DNA from: Perkinsus olseni
Lineage: Eukaryota
Assembly (NCBI GenBank): GCA_013115125.1
Contig: JABANN010000084.1
Span: forward strand, 57,485 to 77,484
Direction: 5' to 3'
DNA: 20,000 nt
Position 1 is the stretch's first letter, and every line of letters begins with the position of its first letter. Both the position numbers and the translations under genes were made by a program. Under the pieces are notes generated by a model. It made no database searches and had not been told where the DNA came from. It saw nothing but the letters and a program-made list of their open reading frames with translations. This document shows positions 1 through 9,796 of the stretch, in pieces.

Positions 1-38
1 GAGACAGCGAGGAGGTAAATACTGTAAATGGGACGTAT

Positions 39-1714
39 ATGTCCGCAGTGCCCTATGAAGCCCATTGGCCTGCTGCTGGCGTCTGCTGGCAGCTACCGGC
101 ACTCTCGCAACATGATGGGCAGCAGGTGGTCTGGGGTCCTCCCTTGGCAACGTCGACGACGACGACAGGCAGTCTGTTGTGGCAGTACCTTCAACCAGCG
201 CTATTACCTTGGCCGTATATGGTCTTGGACCCCCACAACCATCATGCACTGATCTACCCTTGTGCTAGCCATTACCACCATCATCATCAGCCTTCTTATG
301 GGGCCGTGCACAGCAGTGGAAGCGGCCCTTTTGTTTCCAGCGGTATCGCTTATAACGGCCGTGTGCCACGCTGTGCTACTACTATTGTTCCTTCATTAAG
401 TGATGATGAATACGAGGAGAAGACGGATGCCTGCTCCTATGGCCACATGTACACTCCTGACAATGGTAAGAAGCTTCGGCCACGATTCGGGCGAACATCA
501 TAGCGCTTTATTATTCAGGTCCCGACGACGGATGCAACAGTGTTGCTCTAGAGGCGCCCGTGGATGATGAAGACAACATCTTCGTAAGTACTGTTGTTGT
601 GAGTGGGAGGCCTCTATTCTCGGATGGTCAGCTCCGAGGCCTCATGACAATTCTGGCAAGTATGATGGAGATAGGTGATGAGATGGAGAGGCAGAGATTA
701 CTTGATCATCGTCCTGTCAGCCATGCGGAGTTCACAGGAACCTATACACCTTGTAAGTGGGCGCGGGCTGGTGGCGAGCGTCCGCTTGGGAGGAATGTAG
801 GTTATCATGTGTTTCCTGAGTCGGTCGTGCTGTTGGCTATCGAATGGCTACGCTCATGTCAGGCATATCAGTGTGGAATTACCTGCAGCGACTATCCAAA
901 TTCTTCCACTGCTCATCGGAATGTTTCGTATTAGCATTAGTCTACCTGGACCGGGCTGTGAAGGCCACAGCCGCCACGACGGTTCCCTTATACGTCACCA
1001 GTTACAACGTTCACAGGTAAGCCGCCCTGTTATTATATATCAGTTCAAACGGCGTGTCTTTTTCAGACTATTCTTGACTTCTCTCGTACTTGCTGTCAAG
1101 TTCAACGATGATTTCTACTATTCGAATAGAAGATACGCAGAGGTCGGATGTTTGACTTCGACGGCGGAGCTGAATGGCTTAGAGGCCATCATGCTCAAGC
1201 TTGTTGGTGAGTTGTCTTATTCAATGCTGTTCAATCTCGTAATCTAGACCCGGGATAATACTCGACTATTCGCGAATCGCGGATCGCGAACTACCAGGCG
1301 CTCGGCTTGATATTTTTCGTTTTTTTCGGTTGTGAATGTTCGACGCCAGTTGGCGTTGAAAGTACATTGAGGAAGCTCTGAGCGTGTTATTTTGTCTCAG
1401 TCTTCTCGCTCTACGTTGGATTGTTATTCGTCTCAGTCTTCTCGCTCTACGTTGGATTGTTATTCGTCTCAGACTTCTCGCTCTATGTTGGATCAGAAGA
1501 GTATGTATGCTACTGGAAGCTCATCTTCAGTGTGAGCCCGGCAGCAGCGGCGGCGCCACCACTGTCAGCTCCTTTACCAAAATCATCGTTACACGGTATC
1601 GAGGACGATGAAATCCGTTTGAGTCGAAGCTGCAGTGAATCTACCGCTACTTCATGGACTCTTGATGACGCTGATGATTCTGTTATGACGAAGTCAGATG
1701 ACCAAAGACACTAA
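39..1714 (+). CDS. PHO80-like (cyclin P/U family) cyclin, paralog 1; 6 exons
   Basis: Hand-spliced exons are 39-465, 519-583, 632-752, 863-1016, 1067-1206 and 1473-1714, all GT-AG and phase-consistent. They give ...FTGTYTPCISVWNYLQRLSKFFHCSSECFVLALVYLDR...YVTSYNVHRLFLTSLVLAVKFNDDFYYSNRRYAEVGCLTSTAELNGLEAIMLKLVDFSLYV, which is the cyclin-P/PHO80 cyclin-box signature. The N-terminus is low complexity and the start codon is assumed. Confidence 0.9.
1385..1492 (+). repeat. 3 x 36-bp tandem repeat spanning the last intron/exon junction of cyclin 1
   Basis: The unit is ttgttattcgtctcAG|tcttctcgctctacgttgga. CAG acceptors end at 1400, 1436 and 1472. Confidence 0.95.
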
Positions 1715-1955
1715 AAATGGCCCTGTACTTGGGCCGCAATGAATAGCTTAGCTCGAACACTGCTGGTTAACCATTATCTTCCGAGTGACGATGCACTCTA
1801 GGCTGTACCTCAGTTCTTATCGGCGCTCTAATGCGCTGATGATTTTGTCTTTGGGCGTTGGAAGTGTCCATGTAACTGTTGCTGTAATCTTATTACGTGA
1901 AGTTTGTCGTCGTCGTTCTTCGGTAGTACTATATTGTCGCTGTCTTTGTCAACTA

Positions 1956-1985
1956 CAACAACAACATCATCATCATCATCATCAT
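1956..1985. repeat. Compound microsatellite (CAA)3(CAT)7 downstream of cyclin 1
   Basis: Read directly from the sequence. Confidence 0.85.
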
Positions 1986-4033
1986 CCAGACCAGTAGCAG
2001 GCGTATCTGTATCTTTGTATCAATACTACAATTTATTTAACTACTAAGACGCTGATCGAATGATAATTGCGAATAGCTAGATTACTGCGCAAAGTGTGGG
2101 GAGTGATCCCCTATCTCACTCATCAGTGTTTCTCAATCATCCATGCGGTGGTGGTCACGCTTGTCTGTATTACTTCTTATATTCTGCATCCCTAGAGGGA
2201 TGTTTGATGAGATAACGCCATGATCATCACCACCACGACGACGATAGTGATAGTGCTTCGTAGCGAGCATGCTTACTACAGGTCTTCTGCGTCGACCATA
2301 GCGTTGGTAGAAGGCCTTGTTATCAACAGGAGAGGCCACTGGCCCTTCTGTGACGAGTAGAATATTTAATAGGCGTTTAATAATGGTATCATATGATGAT
2401 TGATGATAGCTGTCACATTTCGATACATGTTATTATTTCAGAATCAATGCAATGCTTTTCGAACTCTTTTCATTTTCCCGTAACACTTGTTGTTGATCCC
2501 GGTTCGGAAACTAATTCCCTACCGGGTAAACTCCACGAACTTCGTCTCCCCTTTGGTCTCGAGCTTCTCATAGTAGTAGACGGTCCTCCGTTGTGTTCGG
2601 CAACTTCAGCAGCAGTTGCGCCATATCAGATGCACGGCTACCCTTTTCCATGTATTTCGATATTATTCGACCGTGTTATCATGATGGCGTGCTGCTGCAT
2701 TGCCTGATCACAACTTCACCTCAGGCGATGAGCAGTAGCAGAAGAGCCTAGAAGCCCTCTGTTGGCTGCTCACCACCTTTTCTCCTCTGTTATGCTTGCG
2801 TATCTATTATCATAGTCAAAAGAGTCTATGCTGTTTGTTTTCTCTATTTTGCGTTTTGGTAGTCTATCCTGTCGTCTGCGTTAAGCAGGCAATTTTATTT
2901 ATACTGTCGACAAAGGCCTCCTAGTTATACGTAGGATGGCCGATACTCCAGTTTCACTTCTGTCTGAGGTTAACCACTATCTGTATCGACGGTCTTACTA
3001 CCTACCACAACTCTCTTCTGGGCCTCCAGTAGCAGCCCATGCGCTGGTAGTAACCTGTCATGGCAGCTTCCTGAGATGTCCCGTATCTACTCCAACTCGC
3101 CATGCTTCGCTCGGTAGTATCAGCGGACCAAAGTGGCCTTCCTTCTTAGTTCCATGGGGCGTGCTGCTGTGTACTACGATGCTTCAATTGTGCTACTGCT
3201 GTTACTGAGGTCATCTCATCTTTTGGGGTGGAGTATATGCCTTTGAAGAGTATTGAAAAACAGTCTCTTGTTCTACTGGATGGTGATTCTGTCACGCATT
3301 GCAGCACTGTACTTCTGCTCATACCTGCCAGCTCTTGCGTGAGGCCCTCAGCATCACCTGCTGTTGGGCTCTTCTGTGATTCCTCCATCCCGTATGAATG
3401 AGAGAGGTTGGCGGCGGATGGCTTGTGAACGGGTCTGATCGTGTCGGTCATGGTTGGGCCTCCCACCGGTTGTCATGAACCATTGGAGTGCTAGTAACAT
3501 TAAAGAGTTTATTGTTAACCCAGCTCAGAGTAGCTGGTTCTGCTGTAGTAATGTCGTAATCAATGCTCATTCTCCCTCAGCCTCTTTGTTGAGGCCCTGG
3601 TACGGCTTTTTCGATACTCGGTGGTGGTTGCCCACTCGCGACGGATTGCCTGTCACGGCAGAGGCTCATAGGTGATTAAGCACACACTGGATCCATAGGT
3701 GCGTATCGTCAATGACTACTATTACTATCATCGGTATTATCGTCATTGTTGATGCAGACTTTTCAATACCTGAAGGGCTCTTGAGTTCATTAATGATTGA
3801 GGTATTCGGTTTGACCGTGGCCGCATTGTTTCCCCCCCGTTGGCCGTCTGTGCTGTGGAATATGCTCCCGGGAAGATTGGGTGAATCGGGCGAATGACGA
3901 GGGACTCATCAGTTCTCACTTTGTAGTCGGTCATGAGACCATCATTTGAAACTTGGTAAATGCAATGGTTCTGCTGTGTGGCATTGCAGGTGTTGCTCCT
4001 CCTCCTCCTTCGACTGTCGCCTGCTTTCGGAAC

Positions 4034-5668
4034 ATGTCTGCTACGGCCTTCGTCCCATCCCGCCCTTGGATCAACAGCAACGACGGCGAAAAGTTTTTTC
4101 AAACGGGGCATCGACAGACTGCCAGCCGAGCCTCCAGTCGGCGACTGCGAAGGCATTCCACTATGATTGCAGCAGAGGCTAACTTCAACCGGCGCGAGAG
4201 ACCTGAAGGCGCTATGGCTGCTTGCTGCAGCATTCCGTCATCTTCATACGCTTCTCACAGTGATAGGCGGATACGAGCTTCTACTAGAGCAAAGGCCTAT
4301 GTCTCTCGAGCTGTGCTCAGCGTGACTACGTCGCCTGAGAGTAAGTTCAACGGGAGTTCGCTGGTGGAGGCTGGTTGGCGGCTGTTCTAGTGGGTTGTTG
4401 ATCTTCATTGCTTTCCAGGTACGGACGCAAGTGGGCCGAGTACTAAAGCATCCACTCAACCTTGGCCGAGTCCTTCGACTGGGATAAGCTCTGATGACTC
4501 CGCTAGTTCGCAGACTGAGGGTTGTTGTCCTCGGTCATCACATGATGCTACTGACTGTGCTGACGGCCTCCTCCCTCGGGAAGTCCCGGATAGGACGGAT
4601 ATTGACTGCTTTGTAGGCATAGTTCACTCGACCCTCAGTGCTACTCTGTTCCGCGCCCCGCTATGCTCTTCTATCCCCGTTATGCCCGTAGTTGCTCGAT
4701 GATATAATCTCACGTCTTTGGTAATCGCGTTGTTCTCAGTTGCCTTCTCTGAGCAAGGTCTTGGACCATCTTATCGTTTTGGGGGAGGAGAGGGAGAAGA
4801 CCATGAGAAGGAAGCCGGCGCGGTCGCGATTTCACTCGGTCACTGTTCCAAGTAGGTCAAAGCGCAGCATGGATCACGCTCCGCATTTTCTGCTGCTGTC
4901 CGATAGATATCACAGTTTCCGACTACCTCTTACGATTGTCGAAGTTTTTTCACTGCTCTGGAGAGTGTTTTGTGATTGCTTTGGTGTATTTGGATCGGGC
5001 AGTGAAGGAGTCATCATATTCGGCGAGTTTGGCGGACGCCGAAGAAGAGAAAGAGTCCTCGCCATTTAATATTACCCGCTTGAATGTACACAGGTGAGGC
5101 CCTGGGCAGCTCTCTAGTTGAGCAATCGAATTGACAAGGGCCCTTTGGAGCACCTAGCTGCCGCGTAGTTTTTCGGTTCCAGCGAAAGAGAATGACTCTG
5201 AGTCATTGGTAGTAGAACAGGAGTGTAGGCTAGAGTTCTCTGTCACACCGGTGGTTTTTGCGTAACCCGACCCAATAGGGCTCGTAACGAGCCGCTCGTT
5301 ATCGTACAAGCTCGCTGAGTCGATCTCGAGCCGTTATTATGAACGTGATGCTGTGTGGGCGCTACTGGTTACGTTTCCTCTTAAGGTTGCTGCTGACAGC
5401 ATTAACGCTGGCGGCCAAGTATTATGACGATTGCTACTACGCGAATAAGAGATACGCTGAAGTGGGAGGGGTGTCCACGAGAGAGTTGAACACGTTGGAA
5501 GCATCTTTCCTCGATATGATTCGTAAGTCCCAGGTTCGAACCTCTGTTTTGGCACTTTTTCAATCAGATTACCGTTTATACGTAGCACCGGAAGAGTACG
5601 TTGCCTACAAGGAGCAGGTGGAGAACGTATCGAGGCCTCTCCCCGGCGAGGCGTCTTATGGGGAATAA
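4034..5668 (+). CDS. PHO80-like (cyclin P/U family) cyclin, paralog 2; 5' end uncertain
   Basis: Exons are ~4034-4340, 4419-4612, 4740-4851, 4907-5093, 5386-5522 and 5568-5668. They give ...RFHSVTVPNITVSDYLLRLSKFFHCSGECFVIALVYLDR...ITRLNVHRLLLTALTLAAKYYDDCYYANKRYAEVGGVSTRELNTLEASFLDMIHYRLYVAPEEY. The start at 4034 (MSATAF) is tentative, because an acceptor at ~3989 allows further upstream exons. Confidence 0.88.
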
Positions 5669-7060
5669 TACCGACGTTTCTGTCCTCGTCAATCTGTGCT
5701 CGTCAATTTCGACCGCTTTGTCAGCGCGGTATCATTGTAATTAAGTGACCTTTGATCAAAATGATAGTATCATATTTTGAGTCTAGGGCCTCTCTCGCCA
5801 TATCACCTCTCTCTTCATCTCTTATCATAGTCGTCGTCAAGGCGTCGGAAGACTATCACCCTATTTATCACAACAATCTCAGTGTAAATGGTTCAGTGTG
5901 TGCACTGTTCCTTCCCCTGCTCATAATGTCTTACTGCTGCTGCTGTCTCCGCTCTTCCTTTTTTGTTCTTGCTGCTGCTATTGGCTTGAACGTCTCATTT
6001 GATATGTATCATCCTGGCACCTCTTGTGTGCATCATCTGAAAGACCACCAACAGGACACCCGGGATTCCGTAGCTTGGACACTGTGCTCCAGCTGTGATG
6101 CAAAGAAGCATCGTATTTTTATAGCCGCTTCAACTGTGGTCCGGAGACAGAAAGATCGTATCATTATAGTCACCTTTTAGGCTGCTAGGAGAGTCAGCAG
6201 CCGTAGCGCTTGATCGCCCGTTGAGTTTAGCTTTTGTTTGCGAGTGTTGTCTTATTCTCTGATCCTAGAGCTGCAAGCGAATAGGTGTAATCGTTTAACT
6301 CACATGATGATTTGTTATTGTCTTGTCACCATTGCCTCAATGTTCTACAGCAGGTGTAGCATAAGTCGTCGGAGGTCCTGCTCGGCTCGGCAAGTCCTTT
6401 GAGGATCATCCAGGGCGAATCCTCACGGCCGTGGCGCTCAGCCAAGAGCTGGTGCCACCGTTTTTACCGTTCGACGCCAACATGTCAATGTTAGTATCCA
6501 GCGTCGATCATCATCATCATCGATCTCTCCGCATCATCAACTAGATCTTGTTGTTATCTACTAGATCCCTTTCCATCCGACATTGCTGGATGGTGAGGGT
6601 CGTTATTTTTTTCCGCGTGGGTCAAGCCGTGGCGATGGGATCTGAGAAGGCCCTCTGCCACCTTGATCTTATGCTGTTACTTGCAGCACTACGTGTGCCA
6701 TTGTACGTTTTTTACTGCTCGTATGGTCGAGCAAATTCTTAGTGCAGCAGTAGCATCATCATCATCGTGATCATCTACTAGTTTTGTTACAACTCTAGGG
6801 ACTGCGGGTGTAGATTGAGTTTCGGTAGTAATAGACTACTGCGAGTAGTCTTGGTAGTACATCTGCCGTTTCCTCTACTGCTACCACCACTGTTTCCCCG
6901 GAGCCCATCCGTTTGCTTGCTAACTACCGTGCTACCCTACAGCCACTGCAAGTTGCGTTGTCAATTTCCCAGAGTGAGATGGAACAGATTCGGGCGTTTC
7001 ATAGGTGGCTCAGTCCTTCCCGCGGAGTTGCATTTCGTCTACTACCGTCATTTCTGTTCA

Positions 7061-9648
7061 ATGCGGTCAACGCCTCGGAAGCCGTCAGATGCCACCTCGC
7101 AGTGCTCGGGCGAGGAGACCATGCTGATAGAGAGTCTTCGAAAGCAGGTGGGTGTCGTTGTTGGGCGATCATCGGCGTAGACCTGACTGGATAGGTGCAG
7201 CTGCTCTCGTTGGAGAACTCTCTGCTGGTGAAAAAGGCGGAGGTCCTAGTCGGGCCTCGAGGGGGGTCTGGCCAGAATGCCCCGACGGATTCTATCAGTG
7301 TAGCTCGAGAAAAAGCTGATGGTGCTGAGAGTGTGAGGAAGGAGATGGATGAGCTGAGGAAGGCATTGGAGGAGAAGCGAACGGAAGCGGCAGAACTGCG
7401 GAGGAGTCTAGAAGAGCAGAAAATAAAGAGTAGGCAGTTTCGTTGGCAGCAGGGTTGGGCTCCTGCACCTGGGAGCTTCATCGGGAACGCCTCGGGTGTA
7501 TAGGATGGTCGAGACGCGTGGACGTGCGTTCTTGCCGCTACGGCTTGATGGTCGCACTTGGACTGTCGTCAGGTGAAAACACAGCCGTACAGGTCAATCT
7601 GGACGCCCAGGCCAGGATAGAGAAGTTGTCTAAGGAATTAGAATGCACTAAGAAGCAACTGAAAATGGCCGACGAGGAAGCAGACACCATATGGGCCGAG
7701 AGGGTTCACTCAGAGAGGAGGCTCAGGGACATCATAGAGCAGGGCGATGGGGAGCTACACAAGTGATGCACGTTGGGTCTCGGTCATCATCCTTGAATGT
7801 CCGGTTGACCCTCCAGGTTGATGGCTGAGATATCCTCTCTCCGGGCCCTGTTGGACGAGCGGGAGAAGGCTTTGCATTCAATGGAGACTCGAGTAGAGCG
7901 GTTGGGTTGTGGATCATTTTCGTCGCTGCGCAGTAGGCAATAGTCACGTCAGTTCGACGCTTGACAACAGCATAGATCACAATATTTCGCCGTTAAATCT
8001 TCGTAGAAACATACGTACAGGAAATACCGGAAGTCTGGCCGTGAGTATTCTGTATGTAAGCCTTTGTGTTCCGGCTGTGGTGGCCCGAGTCCGTCTAACG
8101 TATTGTCGCCCCCGAGTTCCTGATCGAACAGGAGCGGCGTACAGGTGGCTGCTCGGGAGGTCATTCGACACGATGAAACGACGCTGGAGCGACGAGCGAG
8201 AGAGCTTGAGGAGGAGTGCAAGAGTTGGAGGCAAATTTGCGATGTTGAGAAAGAAGCGAGGGCGTCGGCTGAGGAGAAGCTTACACTGGTGGAGCAGTGA
8301 GTGTGAACTTCACACTGTGAAGGACGGAGCTGTCCATACTGACCGCGCGCCTAAAAATTCCCCTTATCAGGGAGATGAATAAGCTTCATAAGGAGTGCGA
8401 GAGGCTCCGCGGTGATGCCGATCAACTGCCACTTGTCATCGGCAAGCTCAGTGAGTGTAAGAAGGCCTTGGAACGGACTACAGCGGAGAAGGTAACATGG
8501 ACTCGACGCGATAAGCAGCGAAATAACGTGGAGGCACGAGTCTCACTTGGAAATCTGCTCGACTTGATCTCGATGTGAATCCGTGGTCGTAGAATGCTCC
8601 CTCTCTTGTGAACCCTTAAGCATCCTATCGTTGTGGAGGTTGCCGCAGTCAGGCGGAGCAAACGTCTCGAGCAGATCGTGAGCAGAGTAATAGGGAAGAA
8701 GCCGAGAAAGAGCTGAGAAAGTTGAAGGACGAAATGAATGAGCTCCTCATCAAAATGCGGGTGGACATGGAATGTGTAGGCAGGGCGGGCGGACCACGGG
8801 CTTACTTACAGTTCGGCGAGCTCTTCTGAAGTGAAGGCTGGGCATGTGCACGAATTCCAAAATGCAGCTTTGCCTGAGCGACTGTGAGTAGCGTGAGCCT
8901 TACAATGACCCCTCTGCCGCCCCGGCACTAACGCGAGCTCAATTGAGTCCTTGGGTCCTGCCCTTCGATTGAGTCGAGTGTCGGTGGCCAGGTTCAAGTC
9001 GAAACCTTCAAGCGAGAGTTGGCGGAGGCCAGAGTTTTGATGACGGAGCATCAAGCTGAGGCGGCCAAGTCTCGAGACGAGGTGGGAGAGGATGGGGGCG
9101 CTTGGACGGGTCGAAGTGGCCAATAGGTCTGCCGCCTGAGAGCCGAGCTTGACTTGATGAAGACATCGCAGCTGGATAGGATAGTACAGGAGAACGATCG
9201 GCTGAAGCGACGGAGTGCCGAGGTGCAGCAGCTGCTGGACACAGCTCACGAGGAAGCCCTCCAGTGCGGGTCAACGGGCGAGGGGTCGCTATTTATTACG
9301 TGGCTCGTAGGTTTCGTAAGGGAGCCGGCGACGCGGAGGCACTTCGAAAAGAGAAGGCAATGCTAGCCGAGGAGCTGAACCGAATCAAGCGTGAATATTG
9401 CGACGAGAAGCAGCGGCAGGCGGAGGAAGTGGCGAGCTTCAAGAGCACTGTCGAGACACAGCGGGAGAAGTTGAACCGGTTGGAAGGGTTGCATAGGGAA
9501 ATCGAAAGGATCGACGTAGCGTGCTGGAGTCGACTCGTCTGTGTGATGCTGGCGGAGTTCAGTTACATAGTGGCCTGTCTGCCTTGCAGTCTCTGGCGAG
9601 GACGGTCAGTGGTGTCCGTGAAAGCTCGGGAGGGGAGGCTGTACTGCG
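7061..9648 (+). CDS. Multi-exon coiled-coil protein of unknown function; both ends uncertain and may continue into the SET gene
   Basis: Successive E/K/R/L-rich heptad exons are bounded by GT/AG sites. Examples are EMDELRKALEEKRTEAAELRRSLEEQK, RIEKLSKELECTKKQLKMADEE, LERRARELEEECKSW, RIVQENDRLKRRSAEVQQLLDTAHEE and LAEELNRIKREYCDEKQRQAEE. Not every junction could be fixed. Confidence 0.7.
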
Positions 9649-9796
9649 GTGAGCATGTCTACGTGAATGGTGATGTAGCCTTTACAATGGGAGCTTTTGT
9701 TGGGCTGAGTGAGGCAACCTAGGGAGCGACAGAATGGCTGTTTCACAGGGGTGGAGATTATCTTTTTTCTGCGGGGAGAGGGAGAGCTCAGTGGTC

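Noticed and set aside
1385-1492. 36-bp repeats resembling a CRISPR array
   Set aside because: The copies are head-to-tail with no spacers, the context is eukaryotic, and they are explained as a duplicated splice junction.
2300-2330. KAFYQRYG resembling a GNAT acetyltransferase C-terminal motif
   Set aside because: There is no acetyl-CoA-binding motif A or other supporting sequence.
5752-6180. 142-aa hydrophobic ORF downstream of cyclin 2
   Set aside because: It has a non-ATG start, T/C-rich UTR-like composition and no family motif.
6304-6310. ATGATGA box C-like motif suggesting a C/D snoRNA
   Set aside because: There is no box D at a suitable distance, and ATG/CAT repeats are common throughout this sequence.
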